From: an uncultured Chloroflexia bacterium
GTDB taxonomy: Bacteria; Chloroflexota; Limnocylindria; Limnocylindrales; CSP1-4
NCBI GenBank assembly: GCA_963725875.1
Contig: CAVRZZ010000006.1
Span: 313,847-377,846 of the forward strand
Reading direction: 5' to 3'
Length of the DNA: 64,000 nucleotides
Position numbers and translations under genes: made by a program. Each line of letters begins with the position of its first letter. Positions within the stretch are counted from its first letter, which is position 1. Of the stretch, positions 53,046 through 62,837 are shown piece by piece. The notes beneath the pieces are model-generated. The model was not told where the DNA came from and made no database searches. It saw nothing but the letters and a program-made list of their open reading frames with translations.

Positions 53046-54743
53046 TCAAGCGGGCCGATCGGTCGTCCGGGCGGGCTCCGGCGCTCGCTTCCCGAGGTCG
53101 GCCGCGCTCGTCCAGGTGGCCGGGTCGAACAGCTCGGGACGGTGGGTGAGCACGATCACGGTGCGGTCGCCGGCGACGGCGTGAAGGTCGGCCACGAAGG
53201 CCCGCGCCGTCGGCTCGTCGAGGTGCTCCGTCGGCTCGTCGAGGAAGAGGACCCGGACGTCGGCGAGCAGGGCTCGCGCCAGGGCGAGCCGCTGCCGCTG
53301 GCCGCCCGAGAGCCGGGCCCCGTGCTCGCCCACGCGGGTGGCGAGGCCATCCGGCAGCGAGTCCACCCACGCCAGGAGCTGGGCGTCGGCGAGGGCCCGG
53401 CGCAGCTCGGCATCGGGCGCGCCGGGACGGGCGAGCCGCAGGTTGTCGGCGAGCGAGGCGTCGAAGACGTGCGGGTCCTGCTCGCACAGGCCGACGGCAC
53501 GCCGGACGCCGTCCCCGGCGAGCGTTCGCACGTCGGCGGCTCCCGCCGCCCCGACCAGCGCGAGCGACCCGCCGGCCGGCTCGAGGAAGCGCAGGCAGGC
53601 GACGGCGAACGTGCTCTTGCCCGATCCGCTGGCGCCCGTCACGAGCGCCCGGGCGCCGGCCGGGACGTCGAGGTCGAGGCTCCCCAGGGCGTCCCGCTCC
53701 GCACCCGGGTAGCGCAGCGTAAGCCCTCGCGCACGGACCCCGAGCGGCCCCTCGGGCACCACTCCCCCGGCGGGCGGATCCGGGACGGGATCCGGGCGAT
53801 CCAGGACGTCCACGACCCGGCGGGCGGCGGCTGTCAGGCCGGGAAGCTGGCGCGCGGCCGGGACGAGCGGCCCGATCACCTCGTGGACGGCGATCGGGGT
53901 GAGGGCGACGACGGCCAGCGCCACGCCCGGCAGGGAGCCGTCCCGCACCGCGACGATGCCGAGCAGGAGCGCGAGCCACGTCGACGCGCCCGCCGCCACA
54001 CCGGCGACGAGGCCCCCGATGCCGGCGCCGGCCGCGACGCGCCGCTCGGCCGCGGCGAGGCGCCCGTCGATCGCCAGCACGCGGTCGACGGCCCGGGGCG
54101 CCGCGCCGGCCGCAAGGAGCTCGGGGGCGCCGCGCAGGAGGTCGACGGCGGCGTCGGCCAGGGCCCCGCGCGCCGGCGCGACGGAGGCCTCGGCCCGTCG
54201 CGCGACGCCGGCCGCGGCCAGCGGTGCCGCGACGGCACCCGCGAGCGTCGCGATCGCGAGCACCGCTCCCGCGCCGGCCACGAGCCACGCTTCGAGCCCC
54301 ACCGCGGCGGCCACGACGATGCCGGCGGCCGCGTACGGCAGGAGCACCCGCAGCCACAGGTCGGCGAGCCCGTCGACGTCGCCCACGAGGCGCGCCAGCA
54401 GGTCGCCGGAGCGCAGCTCGCCGAGGCCCGCGGGGGCCAGCTGCACCAGCCGGGCGTAGACGTCGGCGCGGAGCTCGCCCAGGACACGGAAGGCCGCGTC
54501 GTGTGCCGCGAGGCGCTCCGCGTAGCGCAGGACGCCGCGGGCGATGCCGAACGCACGCACCGCGGTCACGGCGGTGAACAGGTACAGGATCGGGGGCTGC
54601 TCCGCGGCGCGCGAGATCAGCCAGGCGGACGTCGCGGCCAGCCCGATCGCCGCCCCTGCGGCACCCGTGCCGGCCAGGACGGCGAGCGCCAGTCGCGGGG
54701 CCACCGGCCTGCCGAGCCGGGCGATCCGGACGAGCGGCCTCAT
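53046..54743 (-). CDS. cydC: Thiol-reductant ABC exporter CydC
   Basis: SAWLISRAA, AVRAFGIARG..RYAERL..HD, GASGSGKST, LSGGQRQR. Confidence 0.9.
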   Translation of the reverse strand: MRPLVRIARLGRPVAPRLALAVLAGTGAAGAAIGLAATSAWLISRAAEQPPILYLFTAVTAVRAFGIARGVLRYAERLAAHDAAFRVLGELRADVYARLVQLAPAGLGELRSGDLLARLVGDVDGLADLWLRVLLPYAAAGIVVAAAVGLEAWLVAGAGAVLAIATLAGAVAAPLAAAGVARRAEASVAPARGALADAAVDLLRGAPELLAAGAAPRAVDRVLAIDGRLAAAERRVAAGAGIGGLVAGVAAGASTWLALLLGIVAVRDGSLPGVALAVVALTPIAVHEVIGPLVPAARQLPGLTAAARRVVDVLDRPDPVPDPPAGGVVPEGPLGVRARGLTLRYPGAERDALGSLDLDVPAGARALVTGASGSGKSTFAVACLRFLEPAGGSLALVGAAGAADVRTLAGDGVRRAVGLCEQDPHVFDASLADNLRLARPGAPDAELRRALADAQLLAWVDSLPDGLATRVGEHGARLSGGQRQRLALARALLADVRVLFLDEPTEHLDEPTARAFVADLHAVAGDRTVIVLTHRPELFDPATWTSAADLGKRAPEPARTTDRPA

Positions 54744-56443
54744 GCGACGTCCTCGCCGGCGACCGGCGCCTGTTCGCCCCCGGCAGACTCCCCCTGGACC
54801 GGCGCCCACGCCACGCGCACGACGCGGTCCGCGGACGCGGCGGCCGCCGGGCGGTGGGCCACGAGGAGGACAGCCGCGCCGTTCAGCGCGGCGGCGCGGA
54901 TCGCGCCGAGCACCGCCTGCTCCGCCGCGTCGTCGAGGCCGGCCGTCGGCTCGTCCAGGAGCAGGAGCGGCGAGCGGCGCACCAGCGCCCGCGCCACGCC
55001 GACGCGGCGTCGCTGGCCGCTCGAGAGCCCGACGCCACGCTCGCCGAGGGAGGACCCTGGGTCCACGTCCGCCAGCCCGACCGCCGCCAGGGCCGCGGCC
55101 ACGTCGCCGTCCGAGGCCCCGGGCGCGGCCAGCCGCACGTTCTCGGCCACCGTCCCCGGGAACAGGAACGGCGCCTGTGGCACCCAGGCCACCTGTGCCC
55201 GCCACGCATCGCCGTCGAGGTCCGCCACGTCCGCGAGGAGACCGTCGGGGCCGCCCACCGCGATCCGCCCGGCCGCCGGCGCGACGAAGCCGAGGATCGC
55301 GGCGAGGAGCGTGCTCTTGCCGGCCCCGCTCGGCCCGACGACCGCGACGACCTCGCCCGGCCGGACGTCGAGGGTGGCCCCCGCCGGCGCCACGACGTCG
55401 CGGCCCGGCTGGACGACGCTCACGCCCTCCACGAGGAGCCGCCCTCCCCGGAGGTCCGGCACGTCCGTCCGTGCGCCGGACGCGGGCAGCGGCGTGTCGA
55501 TGACCGCGAAGGCCCGCGTCGCCGCGGTGACGCCCTCCTCGCTGGCGTGGAACTCGGCGCCGAGGCGGCGCAGCGGGAGGTATGCCTCGGGCGCCAGGAT
55601 GAGGACGAACAGGCCCGTCTCGAGGCCCAGGTCGCCGGTGACGAGGCGCAGCGCGATCCCCACCGCGACCAACGCGACGGAGATCGTGGCCAGCAGCTCC
55701 AGCGCGAGCGCCGAGAGGAACGCGACCCGCAGCACCCCCATCGTCTCCACGCGGTACGCCTCGGTGACACGGCGCAGGATCGCCACCTGCGCGTCCGCGC
55801 GCCCGTAGGCCCGCAGCGTGGGCAGGCCCTCGACCACGTCGAGGAAGCGGTGGCCGAGGCGAGCCAGCGCGTCCCACCGCCGTTGTCGGCGGGCCGCCGA
55901 CATCCGGCCGACGAGCACCATGAAGACCGGGATGAGGGGCACGGTGAGGAGCACCGTGAGCGCCGCGACGACGTCCACCAGGGCGAGGCACACCACCACG
56001 ACCACCGGCACGACCGCCGCGAGGGCGAGCTGCGGCAGGTAGCGCGCGAAGTACCCGTCGAGAGCGTCGAGGCCGCGCGTCGCCAGCAGAACCACCTCGC
56101 CGCTCCGGGCCTCCGACGCCCAGCGCGGCCCCAGCGCGACCGCTCGGGCCAGGAGGCGCTGCCGGAGGTCCGACTTGACGGCGCCGCTGATGCGCTGGGC
56201 GACGATCTCGGCGCCCCAGCCGAGCAGGGCGCGTGCGGCGAGCACGGCCGCGAGCGCGACCAGCGGGACGGCCAGGTCGGCCACCCCCTCGCCGCCGCGG
56301 AACGCCCCGGCGATCGTCCGCGCAAGGAGGCCCGCCTGGGCCACGGCGAGCGCCGCGCCGAGGACGCCGAGCCCGACGGCCGCCGCGAGGGCGATCGCCG
56401 CCAGGCGCCCCGAGGCGAGGAGCCGACGGTCAGCCGGGGTCAT
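54740..56443 (-). CDS. cydD: Thiol-reductant ABC exporter CydD
   Basis: YFARYLPQ, PLIPVFM, TMGVLRVAFLS..LE, LAPEAYLPLR.LG.EFHA, Walker A. Confidence 0.92.
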   Translation of the reverse strand: MTPADRRLLASGRLAAIALAAAVGLGVLGAALAVAQAGLLARTIAGAFRGGEGVADLAVPLVALAAVLAARALLGWGAEIVAQRISGAVKSDLRQRLLARAVALGPRWASEARSGEVVLLATRGLDALDGYFARYLPQLALAAVVPVVVVVCLALVDVVAALTVLLTVPLIPVFMVLVGRMSAARRQRRWDALARLGHRFLDVVEGLPTLRAYGRADAQVAILRRVTEAYRVETMGVLRVAFLSALALELLATISVALVAVGIALRLVTGDLGLETGLFVLILAPEAYLPLRRLGAEFHASEEGVTAATRAFAVIDTPLPASGARTDVPDLRGGRLLVEGVSVVQPGRDVVAPAGATLDVRPGEVVAVVGPSGAGKSTLLAAILGFVAPAAGRIAVGGPDGLLADVADLDGDAWRAQVAWVPQAPFLFPGTVAENVRLAAPGASDGDVAAALAAVGLADVDPGSSLGERGVGLSSGQRRRVGVARALVRRSPLLLLDEPTAGLDDAAEQAVLGAIRAAALNGAAVLLVAHRPAAAASADRVVRVAWAPVQGESAGGEQAPVAGEDVA

Positions 56444-56470
56444 GCACGGCCGGGGGACGCGGCCACGGGA

Positions 56471-57475
56471 TCAGGGCTCGAGGGCAACCGGCGGCGACGC
56501 GACCCGCTTCCGGAAGACCCAGTAGGTCCAGCCCTGGTAGACCAGGACGATGGGCGTGAAGATCACCGCCACGACGGTCATGATCGTGAGGGTGTACGTC
56601 GTCGACGACGCGTTCGTGATCGTCAGGCTGAAGGCCGGGTCCGTCGACGAGGGCATGACCTCGGGGAAGAGGGCCGCGAACAGGCTCACGACGGCGAGCG
56701 CGATGGCCGCAGCCGTCCCCAGGAAGGCCCAACCTTCCCGCCGGAGCCGGTTGGCGACGATGCCGACGACGAACGCCCCGGCCGCGAGGACGGCCGCCGC
56801 GATCGAGAGCGCGTCGCCCCGGATCACCTGGGCCCAGGCCAGGAACGCCACCGCGGCGAGGGCCGCCGGCAGCCCGACGAGCCAGGCCGCCCGGTTCGCC
56901 CGGTCCCGGATCACGCCCTCGGTCTTGAGCGCCAGGAAGACCGCCCCGTGGGTGACGAACAGGAGCAGCGTGGTCACGCCGGCGAGCAGGCCGAACGGGT
57001 TGAGCAGCGTGAAGAAGGTGCCGGTGAACTCCTTGTCGGCGTCGATCGGCACGCCCTGCACGATGTTGCCGAAGGCGACTCCCCACAGGAGCGCGGGGAC
57101 GAACGAGCCGATCGCGATCGCCCAGTCCCACCGCGTCCGCCAGGCGAGGCTCGCCCGCTTGTTGCGGTACTCGATGGCGATCCCCCGGAAGATGAGCGCA
57201 ACGAGGATCGCGAAGAGGGCGATGTAGAAGCCCGAGAAGAGCGTGGCGTACCACTCGGGGAAGGCGGCGAACGTGGCGCCGCCGGCGACGATGAGCCAGA
57301 CCTCGTTGCCGTCCCAGACCGGGCCGATGGTTCGCAGCATCGCCCGCCGCTCCGGCTCGTTGCGGCCGATGACCGGGAGCAGGATGCCGACCCCGAAGTC
57401 GAAGCCTTCCAGGACGAAGTAGCCGACCCAGAGGAAGGCGATGAGGATGAACCAGAGCGTCGGGAGATCCATCAC
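56471..57475 (-). CDS. cydB: Cytochrome bd oxidase subunit II
   Basis: LEGFDFGVG, IGPVWDGNEVWL, FAAFPEWYA, YQGWTYWVF. Confidence 0.96.
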   Translation of the reverse strand: MMDLPTLWFILIAFLWVGYFVLEGFDFGVGILLPVIGRNEPERRAMLRTIGPVWDGNEVWLIVAGGATFAAFPEWYATLFSGFYIALFAILVALIFRGIAIEYRNKRASLAWRTRWDWAIAIGSFVPALLWGVAFGNIVQGVPIDADKEFTGTFFTLLNPFGLLAGVTTLLLFVTHGAVFLALKTEGVIRDRANRAAWLVGLPAALAAVAFLAWAQVIRGDALSIAAAVLAAGAFVVGIVANRLRREGWAFLGTAAAIALAVVSLFAALFPEVMPSSTDPAFSLTITNASSTTYTLTIMTVVAVIFTPIVLVYQGWTYWVFRKRVASPPVALEP

Positions 57476-57481
57476 GGCCTC

Positions 57482-58882
57482 CTAGTACCCGAGCGCCAGC
57501 GAGGGCTCGCTCTCGCCGTGGACGCCGCCCTCGGCGTCGGCCTCCGGGAGGCCCATCCGGATCTGCCGCAGCAGGAGCCCCACCTCCACGATCGCCAGGA
57601 CCCCGTAGACGATCGTGAAGCCGACGAGCGTCAGGGCCACCGTGTACCACGGGTTCGACGGCGAGACCCCCAGGGGCGTCGTCATCAGGCCCCACACGAT
57701 CCAGGGCTGGCGCCCCATCTCCGTGAAGATCCAGCCGATCGAGTTGGCGGCGATGGGGAGGAAGGGGAGGAGGATCGCCACCGCCACCATGCCGCGAGTG
57801 GGCAGCGCGCCCTTCCGCATGCGCCACAGGAACCAGGCGGCGGCGAGCGCGGCCAGGGCGCCGACACCGATCATCAGGCGGAAGGACCAGTAGGCAACCG
57901 GGATGTTGGGCGTCCAGTCGCCCGGCCCGAACTGCTCCTCGTACCTCGCCTGGATGTCGTTGATGCCCTCGACCTTGCCGTTGGGGTCGCCGGTCGCCAT
58001 GAACGAGAGGATGTACGGGATCCGGATCGAGAAGAGCTCCTGCGTGCCGTCGAGCGAGCCGATCGTCAGGATGGAGAACGACGCCGGCCGGGACGTCACG
58101 TAGAGCGCCTCGGCGGACGCCATCTTCATCGGTTGCACGTCGGTCATGACCCGGGCCTGGAGGTCACCGGTGACCGTCACGAGCAGGCCGGAGACGATGA
58201 GCATCCAGGCACCGGCCTTCGCCGCCGTGCGGAACGCCGGCCGGTCCGTGTCCGGGTGGCGCAGCAGGCGCCACATCGCGATCCCGGCCACGAACGCGCC
58301 GCCGGTCATGAACGCGGCAGGGATCGTGTGGGCGAACGTGACGAGCGCCACCTTCGAGGTCAGGACGGCGACGATGTCGGTCAGCTCCGCGCGGCCCGCG
58401 ACCTCGTTCAGCGTGTAGCCGACCGGGTACTGCATCCACGAGTTCGCCGCCAGGATGAAGTAGGCGGAGAGGACCGTGCCGAACGCGGCGATCCAGATCG
58501 TCGCCAGGTGGACCCGCTTCGAGAGGCGATCCCAGCCGAAGATCCAGAGGCCCAGGAACGTCGACTCGAGGAAGAACGCGAGGAGGCCCTCGATCGCCAG
58601 CGGTGCGCCGAAGATGTCGCCGACGAACCGGCTGTAGTCGCTCCAGTTCATGCCGAACTGGAACTCCTGGACGATGCCGGTGACGACCCCGATCGCGAAG
58701 TTGATGAGGAACAGCTTCCCGAAGAACCGCGTCAGGCGCAGGTACTTCTCGTCGCCGCTCCGGTACCAGGCGGTCTGGAGGCCGGCCACCGTGAAGGCGA
58801 GCGAGATCGTCAGGGGGACGAAGAGGAAGTGGTAGACGGTCGTGATGCCGAACTGCCACCGGGCGAGCAGGAGCGGATCCAC
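57482..58882 (-). CDS. cydA: Cytochrome bd oxidase subunit I (short Q-loop)
   Basis: ARWQF..T..YHFLFVP, QEFQFGMNW, ANSWMQ, QPMKMA..E, EMGRQPW; GGAGG SD before GTG 58882. Confidence 0.96.
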   Translation of the reverse strand: MDPLLLARWQFGITTVYHFLFVPLTISLAFTVAGLQTAWYRSGDEKYLRLTRFFGKLFLINFAIGVVTGIVQEFQFGMNWSDYSRFVGDIFGAPLAIEGLLAFFLESTFLGLWIFGWDRLSKRVHLATIWIAAFGTVLSAYFILAANSWMQYPVGYTLNEVAGRAELTDIVAVLTSKVALVTFAHTIPAAFMTGGAFVAGIAMWRLLRHPDTDRPAFRTAAKAGAWMLIVSGLLVTVTGDLQARVMTDVQPMKMASAEALYVTSRPASFSILTIGSLDGTQELFSIRIPYILSFMATGDPNGKVEGINDIQARYEEQFGPGDWTPNIPVAYWSFRLMIGVGALAALAAAWFLWRMRKGALPTRGMVAVAILLPFLPIAANSIGWIFTEMGRQPWIVWGLMTTPLGVSPSNPWYTVALTLVGFTIVYGVLAIVEVGLLLRQIRMGLPEADAEGGVHGESEPSLALGY

Positions 58883-59062
58883 GGGGCGGCGTCCTCCAGC
58901 GGAATCTCGGGCACCCCGCAGCGTGGCGGAAGTCACCCGCCGTCGGATCGGCCGAACGTCCCGAAGCCGGGTGCCCAGTGGCGGCCGTGTCGGGACCGAG
59001 TCTCAGCCTCTCCCGCCGCGCGGGGCGACCTCGCCCTGCCTCGTGCCCGCAGCGTCCGACCC

Positions 59063-59623
59063 TCAGCCCTCCGTGCCGGAGGAGCCACCGCGACCCTCGG
59101 CCCGCTCCGCCGCGGCCGCCGCGATGTGGGCGCGAGCGTAGGCGACCGCCTCGGCGCGCCGCTCGGGGGATCCGAACGCCCCGACGGGCGCATAGCTCAC
59201 GAGCATGCGGTCCCGCAGGAGGACCACGCAGCGGGCATCCTCGCGCACGTCGGTGAGGGCGGACCAGGCAACGCGTCCGGCAGCCTGCGGGCTCACCACG
59301 TCGAGCCCGGCCTCGCCGAACACCAGCTCGGCGGAGCCCCCGACGAGGCTGCCGGCGCGCCGGCTCACGAGCATGCGCTCGGGCCCGCGGAACACCGTCA
59401 GGGCAAGCGCCAGGATCCCGAACAGGGCGAGCCCCGGGCCGAACCTCCCGTCGCCGGCCACGGTGAGGACGATACCGCCGGCCAGGGCGGCGACCGCGAG
59501 GACGGTCATGCGGCGCCGGAGAGGTGCCATCACCAGGCGCGCCGCGTCGATCGCAGCGTCGGCCGTGATCGGGTAGACGACGTGGTAGGGCGGGCCCGCC
59601 GGGGACCCGGCCGGGGTCGTCAC
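59063..59623 (-). CDS. YcxB-like membrane protein
   Basis: Two TM helices then FGEAGL.V....GRVAWS.L..VRED...P..AF; start uncertain. Confidence 0.65.
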   Translation of the reverse strand: MTTPAGSPAGPPYHVVYPITADAAIDAARLVMAPLRRRMTVLAVAALAGGIVLTVAGDGRFGPGLALFGILALALTVFRGPERMLVSRRAGSLVGGSAELVFGEAGLDVVSPQAAGRVAWSALTDVREDARCVVLLRDRMLVSYAPVGAFGSPERRAEAVAYARAHIAAAAAERAEGRGGSSGTEG

Positions 59624-59831
59624 CGCGCCGTGATGCGGGGCACGCCGACCTGGCGCGCGCGGGAGGCGGCGACGATGTCGAGGATGCGATCGACCCTGCC
59701 GGCCTCCTGCACACAGCCCTCCAGCACTCAACGCGGGACGACCGGCCGGGGCGCCCGCCACCGGTCGATGCGGTCGTCTGGCACCAGTCTCGCCGATCAT
59801 GCCCGCGACCGCAGCGACGCCGCGGCGGCGT

Positions 59832-60245
59832 TCAGTCGGCGACGCCCACCTCCTCGACCTCGGTCTGGTGGAGCGCCGCGTGGGCCTTCGCCTCGTCGTC
59901 GACGCAGAAGATCATCTCCACGACGCCCGGCCTACGGCCCACCATGAGGGTCCCGCTGATGTTGACGCCGGCCTCGGCCAGCCGTTCCGCGGCGTCGGCC
60001 AGCCCGCCCGGCCCGTCGTGGATCTCCACCAGGACGGGGGCGCCCTCGACGTAGGCATGCCCCAGGCCGTGGAGAACCTCGCGGGTCGCCGCGTCGTCGG
60101 ACGTCGTGATGAAGGCGCAGCCGAGGTCCCCGGCCCCGGCGCCGCCGATGTGCCGGATGTCGATGCCTCGCGCGGCCAGGGCGCGGGCGAGGTGGGCGAG
60201 CTCTCCCGGCCGGTTGTCGAGCTGGACGACGAACTGCCGTGCCAT
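59832..60245 (-). CDS. Tandem ACT-domain protein
   Basis: LDNRPGELAHL...GIDI and DGPGGLAD....GVNI. Confidence 0.88.
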   Translation of the reverse strand: MARQFVVQLDNRPGELAHLARALAARGIDIRHIGGAGAGDLGCAFITTSDDAATREVLHGLGHAYVEGAPVLVEIHDGPGGLADAAERLAEAGVNISGTLMVGRRPGVVEMIFCVDDEAKAHAALHQTEVEEVGVAD

Positions 60246-60506
60246 CGCAGCCTGCCTCCTCCGGCCCGGGGCATGGGCCGACCGACCTCAACCGGCGCCC
60301 GCTCCGCAGCCGAGCGCGGGACGTGACGGGCCCTCGAGGAGGGGCACCCGCAGGCGGATGGTGCTCCGCGCAGCCCCGGGGCGGCCAGTGCCGGGAGACC
60401 GGGCGGCCCGGGCCGAATGGGCGCCACGCAGAGGCTCGATGGCCCGGTTCGACTGGGGCGTCGCGGCGGCGCACCTCGCGGATCGGCCGCCGCGGGTCAG
60501 GCGAGG

Positions 60507-60986
60507 TCAGGCGCCGCCGCGCGGGGCCAGCTCCACGGCGCCGCCCTCGAAGGCCACGATCGCCCGCCGATAGTCGTCCGGGACCAGGGTCGGCCGGCGC
60601 GTCGTCGCGTCGATCAGCACGAGCGTCATGCGTGCCGTGCACATGAGGCGGTCGTCGTCCACCCGGTACGCGGCTCCCGCCGTCGTGACGCTCGACCGGC
60701 CGATGCGCGTCGTCCGGACGAAGACCTCGAGGAGGTCGTCGAAGCGGGCGGGCGCCTCGTACTCGACCTCGAGCGCCCGCATGACGAACTCCGGGTCGCC
60801 CTGCCAGAACCCCACGAGGCCCAGGTGGCGCAGGTACTCCAGGCGGGCGTTGTCGAAGTACGGCAGGTAGCGGCCGTAGTAGACGACGCCCTGGGCGTCG
60901 GTGTCGGAGAACCAGACACGGGAGAGCGCCGCATAGCGGTACGGGGGATGGAGGTCGGAGGGGCGCCCCGTCTCGAGGTTCGTCAC
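60507..60986 (-). CDS. Acyl-CoA thioesterase (YbgC/4HBT family)
   Basis: VWFSDTDAQGVVYYGRYL.YFD.AR, PARFDD, IGRSS. Confidence 0.9.
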   Translation of the reverse strand: MTNLETGRPSDLHPPYRYAALSRVWFSDTDAQGVVYYGRYLPYFDNARLEYLRHLGLVGFWQGDPEFVMRALEVEYEAPARFDDLLEVFVRTTRIGRSSVTTAGAAYRVDDDRLMCTARMTLVLIDATTRRPTLVPDDYRRAIVAFEGGAVELAPRGGA

Positions 60987-61122
60987 GCGCGGATCCTACG
61001 CCCGCGATCGGGCACGGCGAAGCGGGAGGTGAGGGGGCGGGCGCAGCCGGGCAGGGCCGGACGCAGCCGGGCGGACGCCGCCGCCCGGCTCACTCGGCGT
61101 CCAGGGCCTGCGTCACGCCTCG

Positions 61123-62415
<1,293 letters not shown>

Positions 62416-62705
62416 GTGGTCCTCTCTCGCATCGACTGCGACCGTGGGTGAAGACGCGTCCCGTCGAATTCTACGCCTGTGCCGCCACCGCCGCGGGGCG
62501 ATCGGCGGACGCTGCGCGCGGACTGGCCGACGCTGCGACGGCGACGTGCCCCTCGTCGGGCGTTGCCGGCACGCCCCACGGTGCACGCGCTTCAAGCCAC
62601 GCGCGCCGAAACGCTCGTGACCTGATCTGGGACCGCTCGTGTCGCCGCCCGGCCGCCCGGCCGCCGTGGGGGCCGCGTGTCGCCTGCGCTACGATGCGTC
62701 CCTGC

Positions 62706-62781
62706 GCGCCCGTAGCTCAGCGGACAGAGCATCTGACTTCGGATCAGATGGTCGGGGGTTCGAATCCCTCCGGGCGCGCCA
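62706..62781 (+). tRNA. tRNA-Arg(TCG)
   Basis: GCGCCCGTAGCTCAGCGGACAGAGCA-TCTGA-CTTCGGA-TCAGA-TGGTCGGGGGTTCGAATCCCTCCGGGCGCGCCA. Confidence 0.95.
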
Positions 62782-62837
62782 GCCACCCGCCCGACCACCA
62801 CATCGTGTGGTCCGTCGGCGACGAACCGCTAGATCTT

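Noticed and set aside
54854-59947. Very long ORFs in the supplied track (for example 1697 aa here, 1037 aa at 24009-27122, 965 aa at 20202-23099)
   Set aside because: They are antisense shadows of recognisable genes (cydABD, bc operon); high GC suppresses stop codons in these frames.
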